NCBI GenBank assembly: GCA_015061685.1
Contig: SUWD01000011.1
Coordinates: 4,980 to 68,979 of the forward strand
Direction: 5' to 3'
DNA length: 64,000 nucleotides
From: Lentisphaerota bacterium
Lineage (GTDB): Bacteria > Verrucomicrobiota > Lentisphaeria > Victivallales > Victivallaceae
The notes beneath the pieces are model-generated. The model saw only the letters and a program-made list of their open reading frames with translations, was not told the origin of the DNA and did no database searches. Both the position numbers and the translations under genes were made by a program. Of the stretch, positions 38,017-45,911 are shown piece by piece (position 1 is the first letter of the stretch; the number at the start of each line of letters is the position of its first letter).

Positions 38017-39228
38017 TCAGGCGTTTTCTTTGGGGGTTTTCCGGTTGATTTTTCCGGTGAGCAGCATGAGTACGCCCAGGATGACTGCCAGGACGATGGT
38101 TCCGGTGAGCAGAGCGAGTTCTTCCATCCGCAGGAGCTGGAAATTCAGCAGATAACTGGCGGCAAATACAATTCCCATTAAAACCGCCGGCAGGAGTTTA
38201 TTCATAAACATCCGGGCATACATGGTGACCATGACGACAATGACTGCTGCACTGATAAGGAATCCGGCAGTAAAACCGAGTTGTTCCGAAATGGCAAGTA
38301 CCATGAGGTAAAAAAGTACCGGGGCTCCGGCGGCGATCAAATATTGCAGCGGATGGATATCGACTTTGGAAATCAATTCTCCTGCCAGGAGAGTGAAGAA
38401 AAATACGATCAGGAAAAATGTAGCATAGGAAAACGTTCTTTCCAATTGCTGATAAGTTCCGGCGGCGATGTGCAGATTGACTCCGGTCTCACTGTTTTCG
38501 GAGTTGAATTCTCCGATATTCCACAAGGCGGTAAATCCATCGGCATTGATGGAACGGGTTTCCGGGAGGATATCGCCGATGAATGCCGGGCTGTCCCATG
38601 AACCGGAAATTTCAATTTTATTGCTGACACCTGACGGCAGAATTTTGAAATTTCCGCATCCCCGGAGTTTGAGGGTAATTTCGCATTGCGATTTTCCTTC
38701 CGGCAGCGGGAAAGAGAGAGAATCATCATTTTTGTTAAGTTTTACCGGCTTGCCGTTTACAGAAACATCTGCATTTTGAATACCTTTCAGATCACCGATC
38801 ATTATTTTGCAGACGGAATCTTTATCCTTTTCATATCCGGCAGAAATTTTCACATTGGCAGTATAAACCGGCACCTGATAAATGCCCCGGTAACGGACTT
38901 CAGGGATCAATTCAGCCGTTGCGGAGAAATTTTCTGCATCGGAAATGCTGATCGTTTTTTCACCGCCCCAGCTTTGAGCGAACTCCTGCTGTACCTGATG
39001 GAAATTTTTCTGTCTTTCATTGGCAAGGTCTTTGATCAGATACAGCGGGATCTGAAAGATGATCAGTGCTGTGACGATGATCGTGATTTTGGAGATCCAT
39101 TTTTTCTGTTTTTCGGTAATATCAATGTTTGACTGCATACAATTTTGAGGCGGGATCAGTTGTGCCTGATATACCGGTTGTTCATTCCGCAGTTCTTGCG
39201 GTGCCGGTTGTGAATTGTTGTTTTCCAT
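38017..39228 (-). CDS. creD: cell envelope integrity protein CreD family
   Basis: 403 aa. An N-terminal TM is followed by LIKDLANERQ, a large periplasmic part and five C-terminal TM helices, the typical CreD layout. Confidence 0.7.
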   Translation of the reverse strand: MENNNSQPAPQELRNEQPVYQAQLIPPQNCMQSNIDITEKQKKWISKITIIVTALIIFQIPLYLIKDLANERQKNFHQVQQEFAQSWGGEKTISISDAENFSATAELIPEVRYRGIYQVPVYTANVKISAGYEKDKDSVCKIMIGDLKGIQNADVSVNGKPVKLNKNDDSLSFPLPEGKSQCEITLKLRGCGNFKILPSGVSNKIEISGSWDSPAFIGDILPETRSINADGFTALWNIGEFNSENSETGVNLHIAAGTYQQLERTFSYATFFLIVFFFTLLAGELISKVDIHPLQYLIAAGAPVLFYLMVLAISEQLGFTAGFLISAAVIVVMVTMYARMFMNKLLPAVLMGIVFAASYLLNFQLLRMEELALLTGTIVLAVILGVLMLLTGKINRKTPKENA

Positions 39229-39390
39229 GAGAAAATGCTCCTCTCTGTTTATCGTTTGCTACTCTGGATCCTGTGAAAAACTCATTTCTTTCACGCCGCT
39301 GTATAAAATACCCTTCGGCCTTGGACATTTTGTGTCCATGTAAATAAAAAAAAACGGAAAATATTTTATCTGTCCCGTCAAATGCCGGAG

Positions 39391-39975
39391 TTATTTGTCA
39401 TCTGAATTTTTGGCAGGGAAGCAAACGAGGATAAAAATACCATTCATGGTGAAAACCAGACCGAAACCGAAAAAGAGCAAAGCGGCGATGACGACGCCAT
39501 TGACCAGCGGTTTGTGTTCGGTGAATTGGGCATGGATGCAGGTCATTGCTTCGGCATTGGCATTCAGAAGCTTCTGGGAAGTGGTAATGGACTGGGTCAT
39601 GCCCTGCGTGGTATCATTGATAGCCTTGATATTCTCCTGAATGAACTCCCGGAAGTCGATCACATACTGGCTGTAATCGCCGAGATATTTTTCCAGAACA
39701 GCAGGCATATTGGGGATTTTTTTACCGAGCTTGTTGAGGGATTCAGACTGTTTGGCGAGGGCTTGCGAGGTCAATTCAGAGGTTTTCAGAGCTGAATTCA
39801 TGGTGTTTGCAGTCTGCTGTGAAAGTTCTGCGGTGTGCTGCAGAGTCTGTTCCAAAGAAGCTTGGGTTTGTTTACAGCGGGGCAGGGTAAAGAGCAGGAC
39901 AACTCCGATGACGATCATCAAAGTACCGAGGGTGAATTGGGCGATTATCATGCCGTTGCGGAATTTGCGGTTCAT
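39391..39975 (-). CDS. hypothetical membrane protein with central coiled-coil-like Q/T/S-rich segment
   Basis: I chose the ATG at 39975, which is preceded by AGGAG. The longer 268-aa track ORF extends into the repeat element and is not credible. There are two terminal TM helices. Confidence 0.65.
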   Translation of the reverse strand: MNRKFRNGMIIAQFTLGTLMIVIGVVLLFTLPRCKQTQASLEQTLQHTAELSQQTANTMNSALKTSELTSQALAKQSESLNKLGKKIPNMPAVLEKYLGDYSQYVIDFREFIQENIKAINDTTQGMTQSITTSQKLLNANAEAMTCIHAQFTEHKPLVNGVVIAALLFFGFGLVFTMNGIFILVCFPAKNSDDK

Positions 39976-40088
39976 TTCAAGTCTCCTTTTTTGAAGTGGT
40001 TGTATAATATATTTTATACCGGCTGATTTAATATACCACCGCTTATCCCACATGCAAAATACGTTAACGAAAAAAGTTGTTTTTTTTT

Positions 40089-40642
40089 GATAATGTCCCA
40101 AATTTTGTGAAACCCGTAACAGGAGCTTATAAACAAACATTTTTGTTAACGTATAAAACATATCACATAAGTTGTGATTTGTCAACCCGGCAAACACGGG
40201 TTCGATGCGACCGGCTTGTCAGGGCGTAGCTTTATGCGGAGACTGATGGATGCAGTGTGAGGCAAGGTCGCGGGCAAATCAAGGCGGATTAGCAGGATCC
40301 GTCTTCGTTCCACTACGCCGGGACAAGGTGTACTATCCGTACATGACTGAACATAAAATCAAAGACTGCCTTACTCGCAGTCATGAGTACGGCATAAGCC
40401 GCACGGAATGGCGGAGAGCGAGGAGTGGCAACGGTAACGTTGCCACGGACAGCGTAAGCGAGGCCTCCGGAAAATCGACTGCAACCGCCGAGGGCGAAGC
40501 CCGAGCGGCGAGGCCGCTCTCCCGCGGCCGCAGGGAGATTTTTTGGAGAAGAAAGAGATTGCCCGCAATGCACCGCCGCCTTGTCACGGCGTAGTGCAAC
40601 GGAGACGGAAGGAAAGATTTCTCACAAAAAATAAGACAATAA
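40089..40642. mobile_element. non-autonomous MITE-like element, long copy (554 bp)
   Basis: It shares about 94-95% identical 5' (about 126 nt) and 3' (about 55 nt) parts plus internal blocks with 58718-58999. It is flanked by T8 direct repeats (40081-40088 and 40643-40650). The ends are imperfect inverted repeats. There is no conserved ORF. Confidence 0.7.
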
Positions 40643-40760
40643 TTTTTTTTAAAGCTGACGACAATCCGGTTTGAAAATATCAGGCTTTAATGCTATAGTA
40701 GGAGAAATGCCGTAAAAGGTGTATTTTTATGTATTTTCAGCAGAAGAAAGAGGTTGTTCC

Positions 40761-42068
40761 ATGTATAATATAAAGGATTTTCTGTCGTCGGAGCAGAGCG
40801 TTTGCCGGGTAACAGAGGTTTTTCAATCACTGATCGACCGCTGTGCAAAGGATAATGGCGGTACGATCGAAGTACCTGCCGGTACTTATCCGGTGGGCGG
40901 TTTGGAGTTGTGCGACAATATCCGGATCATACTTGATGCCGGAGCGGTATTGCAGGGCAGTTGTGATTTGGCGGATTATCCGCTGCATGACACGGTCAAT
41001 GATTATCCTTTTGACGAAGGACAGGACGGGGTGCGAGCGATATTTTTTGCCCGCAACCGGAAAAATATCACCATTGAAGGACCGGGCAAAATCTGCGGCG
41101 GCGGCAAAGGATTTGATGATTGCGGCACCCGGCGTGCCCGTCCGAGAAATATTCTTTTTGCCGGATGTGAAAATGTATTTATCCGTAATCTGACACTGGA
41201 GGAATCCGGATTCTGGAATCAGCACTATCTGCAGTGCCGTTGTGTCCGTCTGGACGGGGTGAAAGTTTACAGCCTTTACGGTACGAATAACGATGGTATA
41301 GATATCGACTCCTGCTGTGACGTGATAATCCGCAACTGCCGAATCGATTCCCAGGATGATGCGATCTGCCTGAAAAGCAGTACCTTTGCACCCTGCGAAA
41401 ATATTCTGGTGGCGGACTGCATAACCTCGACCCACGCCAGCCACTTCAAACTCGGCACCGAATCCCACGGCGGTTTCCGCAATATCCGTGCGGTGAATCT
41501 GCTCATGCGTCCGAGTCCTCTGGCGGTAAGCACCCACGTTGGCGGCGGCGACCGCCGGGGGGCATCCGGAATCAGTCTGGGGGCGGTTGACGGAGCGTTT
41601 ATAGAGAATATTGTGGTGGAAAATGTCACTATGGATGGAGTCCGGGTACCGTTTTTTCTGCGTCACGGTGACAATGCCCGCTCTTATCCGGGGATGCCTG
41701 CCTCCGGGCCGGAATTTGTACGCGGGGTTACGTTGCGTCGGATAACGGCTTACGGGGCATCGACGCAGGGGTGCTACATGATCGGTCTGCCGGATGTACC
41801 GATGCAGGATGTGACATTGGAAGATTGCCGATTTGAATTTGAGGGCGGGGCACCTGCCCGGTGGGCAGGTATTTCGGTTCCTGATGATCGTAAGATCCAT
41901 TGTGACATGGAGTCATTCGGCACGTTGAGTGCTTACGGAGTATTTGCCCGTTACATAGACGGGCTTACGCTCCGGAATGTTGAATTTTCCGCCATAGCTC
42001 CTGAAGCCCGTCCGGCACTGCGTTACGAGTATTGCAGTGACGTGACTTTTGACGGAGTAAAAGGGTGA
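40761..42068 (+). CDS. right-handed beta-helix glycoside hydrolase family 28-like protein (pectate-lyase-fold)
   Basis: N-terminal GGTIEVPAGTYPVGGLEL, and NDGIDIDSCCDVIIRNCRIDSQDDAICLKS, are typical of GH28-type catalytic repeats. No signal peptide seen. Confidence 0.75.
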   Translation: MYNIKDFLSSEQSVCRVTEVFQSLIDRCAKDNGGTIEVPAGTYPVGGLELCDNIRIILDAGAVLQGSCDLADYPLHDTVNDYPFDEGQDGVRAIFFARNRKNITIEGPGKICGGGKGFDDCGTRRARPRNILFAGCENVFIRNLTLEESGFWNQHYLQCRCVRLDGVKVYSLYGTNNDGIDIDSCCDVIIRNCRIDSQDDAICLKSSTFAPCENILVADCITSTHASHFKLGTESHGGFRNIRAVNLLMRPSPLAVSTHVGGGDRRGASGISLGAVDGAFIENIVVENVTMDGVRVPFFLRHGDNARSYPGMPASGPEFVRGVTLRRITAYGASTQGCYMIGLPDVPMQDVTLEDCRFEFEGGAPARWAGISVPDDRKIHCDMESFGTLSAYGVFARYIDGLTLRNVEFSAIAPEARPALRYEYCSDVTFDGVKG

Positions 42069-42087
42069 ATTTCCGGTGGAGGAGATC

Positions 42088-43263
42088 ATGGCTCCGGTAA
42101 AATTGATTTTTGCTTCTGACTTTGCCCCGATACGGCACTTCGCACCGTTGATGAAAGATTCTCCGGCGGCAGTGTACGGCGATTTGCTTGACCGTTTGAA
42201 AAAAGCTGATTATGCGATAGTCAATCTGGAATCTCCTCTTGCCTGTCCGTCAGGTAAATTCATCGCCAAAAGCGGGGCGGCTTTTTCCGGGGAAGTCGAA
42301 CATATTTCCTCTCTTGCTGCCGGGAACTTCAAAGCGGCGGTCATGGCAAACAACCACACCTTTGACTGCGGTTACGATGGTTTTGACATCAGCAGGAAAC
42401 TGTTGATATCAAACGGTATAAGTGTTGTCGGTGCCGGTGATGATCTTTCTGAAGCAAGAAAGCCGCTTGCCATTGAGGTAAATGGTGTGAAAATCGCCCT
42501 TTTTGCCATCTCCGAGGGTGAAGATATGCTGGGAGCAACTGAAAAATCCCCCGGAGTACGCCCGTGGGAAGTTGATTTTCTGGCACAGCAGATCCGGGAC
42601 GCCCGCAAAGATTTTGATGTGATCCTGATTTCGGCACACTGCGGCTTGGAATACCAGCCGTACCCATCATATTATGTCTATGAAGCCTTTGAAAAATTTT
42701 CTTCCGCCGGAGCGGATATGATTATCGGTCACCATCCGCATGTGCCGCAGGGAATGACATTTTTCGGCAAGACTCCGGCATATTTCAGTCTGGGCAATTT
42801 TGTTTTTTACCAGCCTTTGCCGCTCTTTCACCGCAAGACCGGTTACTTTCTGGAATTCGAGGTTGACCGCAGCGGTCTGATTTCCCATAAGGAAGTGCCT
42901 TACCGGATCGGGGATGATGCCCTGCATCTGCTTGCCGGGGCTGAAAAGAGTGAATTTGAGCATCTGTTTGCCAAGCTTTCAGCACCGCTGAAAACTGGAG
43001 AGGGGGCATTGCAGGCATGGCATGCGGTTTTGGCATACAATGGAATTGCCGGATTTGAGAATGAATTGAAAAAAATTCTTGATACCATGCACAATGACCC
43101 GGTCAAGGGTGCGGCAATGCTCCGCAACCGGGTGAGCTGTATGCAGCATAATACTCAGTGGATCGACGGGATGAGCCGGATAATGACCGGGGAGATCTCC
43201 TCGGCTCCGGCAGAATTGATTTCAATGGTTGAAGAATTTATGACCAGAGTTATTGAAAAATGA
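42088..43263 (+). CDS. CapA (PGA_cap) family metallophosphatase-fold protein
   Basis: The VNLESPL, MANNHTFDCGYDG, SAHCGLEY and GHHPHVPQG motifs match the CapA/PgsA family. The ATG at 42088 is preceded by GGAGGAG. Confidence 0.75.
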   Translation: MAPVKLIFASDFAPIRHFAPLMKDSPAAVYGDLLDRLKKADYAIVNLESPLACPSGKFIAKSGAAFSGEVEHISSLAAGNFKAAVMANNHTFDCGYDGFDISRKLLISNGISVVGAGDDLSEARKPLAIEVNGVKIALFAISEGEDMLGATEKSPGVRPWEVDFLAQQIRDARKDFDVILISAHCGLEYQPYPSYYVYEAFEKFSSAGADMIIGHHPHVPQGMTFFGKTPAYFSLGNFVFYQPLPLFHRKTGYFLEFEVDRSGLISHKEVPYRIGDDALHLLAGAEKSEFEHLFAKLSAPLKTGEGALQAWHAVLAYNGIAGFENELKKILDTMHNDPVKGAAMLRNRVSCMQHNTQWIDGMSRIMTGEISSAPAELISMVEEFMTRVIEK

Positions 43264-44108
43264 AAAGAGTTATAGTGTGTGATTCCGGTCTTGGCGGATT
43301 GAATGTCGCTGCCGGATTTTTTGCTTCTCCGGGAGGTGTTTCCGGGGAAAAGTGCGAGGTGATCTACTTTAATGCTTATCCGGAAAAGGGTTCCGGATTC
43401 AATACTCTGCCGGATGAGCGGTCACAGGAAGAACTTTTCCGGGTGATTCTGGAGAGTATGAAAAAGTATTCTCCGGATCTCTGTCTGATCGCCTGCAATA
43501 CCTTGTCCATTGTGTACGACCGTTTGGCAAAGTGGTATCAGCCGCCGTTTCCGGTAAGGGGAATAGTTGATGCCGCCGTTGAGGCGATGGCGGAGAAACT
43601 TGCTGCTGATCCGGATGATTCGCTTTTGATCCTCGGAACTAAAACGACAGTGGAATCAGGTGTTTACGCTTCGGCTCTTATTGATCGCGGTTTTGCTGAA
43701 AAGCGGATAAAATCTCTGGCGTGTCCCGGGCTGGCGACCTTGCTTGAATCCGATCCGGCTGCTGCTGAAGTTGCAGAAAAATTATCATATTATGCCGTTG
43801 AAGCAGTGAAAAAATTCCCCGGTATCAGAGGGAAACTTTATTTGGCATTCTGCTGTACGCACTTTGCCTTTGCCAGAGATTTGTGGATCGAAAAATTTTC
43901 CCGGCACTTCCCGGAAGGTATCGGCGTGATCGACCCCAATCAGGTGCTGGCTGGGAAATGCGGTTTTCAGGCGGAGAAATTCAGTTACTTATCAAGGATC
44001 GATTTCTTTCCGGGAGCCAGAGAGAATATGAGCAGATATTTTTCGGTTCCGGCTCCGGCGATAGCGGAGGCGTTGCTTCAGGCAGAGGCGGACTCCGGAC
44101 TTTTTTGA
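43260..44108 (+). CDS. Asp/Glu racemase family protein (glutamate racemase-like)
   Basis: VCDSGLGGLNV, ACNTLS and CCTHF motifs are present, giving two catalytic Cys contexts as in MurI. It overlaps the CapA stop by 4 bp. Confidence 0.7.
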   Translation: MKRVIVCDSGLGGLNVAAGFFASPGGVSGEKCEVIYFNAYPEKGSGFNTLPDERSQEELFRVILESMKKYSPDLCLIACNTLSIVYDRLAKWYQPPFPVRGIVDAAVEAMAEKLAADPDDSLLILGTKTTVESGVYASALIDRGFAEKRIKSLACPGLATLLESDPAAAEVAEKLSYYAVEAVKKFPGIRGKLYLAFCCTHFAFARDLWIEKFSRHFPEGIGVIDPNQVLAGKCGFQAEKFSYLSRIDFFPGARENMSRYFSVPAPAIAEALLQAEADSGLF

Positions 44109-44136
44109 ACGATCAATTTTCATGGAGAATTATTCA

Positions 44137-45117
44137 ATGGATAAAAAATGTGTGGTTTTGTTGACCGGTGCCGGTGGAGATGCCCAGGGCTGGGGAAACA
44201 TGCAGGTTACTCAAGCGGTAAAAGAAGCGGTCATTGCCAATGGTTTTGATTGCCGGATAGTGGAAGCGGAAAACAAGGAAGATATGCTTGCCGGTCTCAA
44301 TGCCGGTAAGTGTGATATTGTCTGGAGTGCTTTGTATTTCTTTACCGGCAGAGAAGATATCATCGGCATACCGCCGGATGCGGTCTGGGTCGCTGATGTC
44401 CTTGATGAACTTAAGATCCCTTATATCGGTCCATCGGCACAGACCATGAAAAATCTGATCGGCAAATTTGACACTCATGAAATTCTTGCCTCTGCCAAAG
44501 TGAGAGTACCCCGTCATGTGCTTTGTCCTCCGTCGGAATCCTGTGAGGTCGATTTCTTTCCGGCTTTTGTGAAACCAAATGGCGAATCACGTTCAGTCGG
44601 CATCAACGAAAACAGCGTGGTTGAGGATGCTGAAGCGTTGAAAAAACAGATCGCATTTATCCATAATGATCTGCAGCAGGCGGCTTTGATCGAGGAGTAT
44701 CTCCCCGGCAGAGAATATACAGTACTGGTTCTGGGCAACGGAGCAAAAAGGGAAATTCTTCCCGGCAGAGTCACTGTTGCTCCGGAACATTACGGCAAAT
44801 ATCCGGTATTACGCAGTGATCTGCGTGGAGTGGGTCTGACGCATGTTTCACTTCCCGACGATCATCAGGAGGAAGCTGTGGAGTTGGCAAATGCCGCCTG
44901 TGATGCTTTGGGATGCGATGACCATGTCCGTATCGACATGCGTGAAGGCATTGACGGTAAACTCCGGATCATGGAGGTAAATGGTATTCCCGGATTGAAG
45001 CCGGTAAAAAGCTGGAGTCCGCAAATCTATACGCTTTATCATCCGGATACCGATCCATATCCGGCATTGATCGGCAAAATCGTATCCTGTGCATTGGAGA
45101 GAGCTTATGGCAAATGA
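44137..45117 (+). CDS. ATP-grasp ligase, D-alanine--D-alanine ligase-like paralogue
   Basis: ATP-grasp layout (FVKPNGESRSVGI, LIEEYLPGREYTV, RIDMR...IMEVNGIPGL), but it lacks the canonical Ddl N-terminal GGxSxEHxVS block. I chose the ATG at 44137 (GGAGA 8 nt upstream); an alternative ATG is at 44122. Confidence 0.7.
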   Translation: MDKKCVVLLTGAGGDAQGWGNMQVTQAVKEAVIANGFDCRIVEAENKEDMLAGLNAGKCDIVWSALYFFTGREDIIGIPPDAVWVADVLDELKIPYIGPSAQTMKNLIGKFDTHEILASAKVRVPRHVLCPPSESCEVDFFPAFVKPNGESRSVGINENSVVEDAEALKKQIAFIHNDLQQAALIEEYLPGREYTVLVLGNGAKREILPGRVTVAPEHYGKYPVLRSDLRGVGLTHVSLPDDHQEEAVELANAACDALGCDDHVRIDMREGIDGKLRIMEVNGIPGLKPVKSWSPQIYTLYHPDTDPYPALIGKIVSCALERAYGK

Positions 45118-45832
45118 TCTGAATCGTCCGCCGGTAATATTGCTGAATATGGCTGTTGATGTGGTCAATAAATGGGAGAGCGAAATTATTTTCAGCAATT
45201 ATGTCAGCATGGTCAGTGATGCCGGAGCGGTTCCTGTCTGTATGCCGTCGATCGAAAAAGAGCAGAATATTGAAACATTGCTGGATATTGCCGATGGAGT
45301 TTTGCTCATTGGCGGCAAAGATTATCATCCGTCATATTATGCTCAATCTCCGCATCCGGAGACGGATCTGGCGAGGAAACGGCCGCATTGTGACATTGCT
45401 TTCGGGGAAGCACTTATGCGGCGGGAAGTGCCGGTTCTGGGGATTTGTGCCGGATGCCAGCTTTTGAATATCGTCAATGGCGGCGGATTGATCCAGCATT
45501 TGCCCGGTGCAGAGAATACTCATCGCGGCGGGTTGTTTCACCAAATGGAGGTCATCAAAGAGGGTTTCTACTCCAAAGCGTTGGGTTTGAAGCTGAATGA
45601 CCGGATCACGGTAAACAGTTTTCACCATCAGGCAGTTGATCCGTCGAAACTTGGCAGAGGTCTGCAAATAACCGCATTGGCGTATGACGGTACGGTTGAA
45701 GTAATTGAGGGGATCGATCCCGGCAGGATGATAATTGGAGTCCAATACCATCCGGAAAGAATGCCCGATAAGATGTCCGGTCTTTTCAGTATGCTTAAAA
45801 CCGAAGCGGAAAAGTATCATAACTCCCGTTGA
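45107..45832 (+). CDS. class I glutamine amidotransferase-like / peptidase C26 gamma-glutamyl hydrolase family protein
   Basis: GICAGCQLLN nucleophile motif and VQYHPE His-Glu motif. The start overlaps the ATP-grasp gene end. Confidence 0.8.
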   Translation: MANDLNRPPVILLNMAVDVVNKWESEIIFSNYVSMVSDAGAVPVCMPSIEKEQNIETLLDIADGVLLIGGKDYHPSYYAQSPHPETDLARKRPHCDIAFGEALMRREVPVLGICAGCQLLNIVNGGGLIQHLPGAENTHRGGLFHQMEVIKEGFYSKALGLKLNDRITVNSFHHQAVDPSKLGRGLQITALAYDGTVEVIEGIDPGRMIIGVQYHPERMPDKMSGLFSMLKTEAEKYHNSR

Positions 45833-45837
45833 AAAGC

Positions 45838-45899
45838 AAAAAAGACAGGGCTGTTGCTTACCTGTGTCAAGGTTTGGCAGCAGCAGCTGTCTTTTTCTG
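45838..45899. terminator. bidirectional intrinsic terminator
   Basis: Imperfect long stem AAGACAGGGCTGTTGC ... GCAGCAGCTGTCTT, flanked by an A-run on the left and TTTTTCT on the right. It lies between convergent genes. Confidence 0.55.
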
Positions 45900-45911
45900 T
45901 TGAAGTGACGG

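Noticed and set aside
39976-40197. N-terminal extension of the 268-aa ORF sharing the peptide AGLTNHNLCDMF.LTKMFVYKLLLRVSQNLG with ORF 58689-59030
   Set aside because: The shared peptide is a by-product of the repeated DNA element read on the minus strand. The A/B differences are non-synonymous (Y/H, T/S). In copy B the frame runs antisense into the E2 gene end. The real start of the downstream gene is the RBS-preceded ATG at 39975.
40195-40214. GGGTTCGAT(G/C)C, a T-loop-like string suggesting a tRNA or tmRNA fragment in the element
   Set aside because: The flanking bases do not form a T-stem. No acceptor or anticodon arms, CCA context or tmRNA tag frame could be found around it in either copy.
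40241-40250. CTGATGG resembling the hammerhead CUGAUGA box, and GCCTCCGG (40462-40469) resembling part of the c-di-GMP-I riboswitch core
   Set aside because: Each is a single short match with the wrong base at a conserved position (G instead of A9) and lacks the partner conserved elements (the GAAA box; GGCAAACC...GGGACGCAAAGCC). I treat them as chance.
40250-40594. 114-aa ORF inside MITE copy A, a possible small protein of the element
   Set aside because: The homologous reading frame in copy B hits TGA after 13 codons (MQCEARSQAFQGG*). The A-specific part is the GC-rich structured insert. It is not conserved as coding sequence.
40215-40609. Three ~30-nt repeats in copy A as a possible mini-CRISPR array
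   Set aside because: One unit is inverted relative to the others. The spacings are unequal (about 50 and about 250 nt). The two outer units pair as a helix. No cas genes are present in the window.
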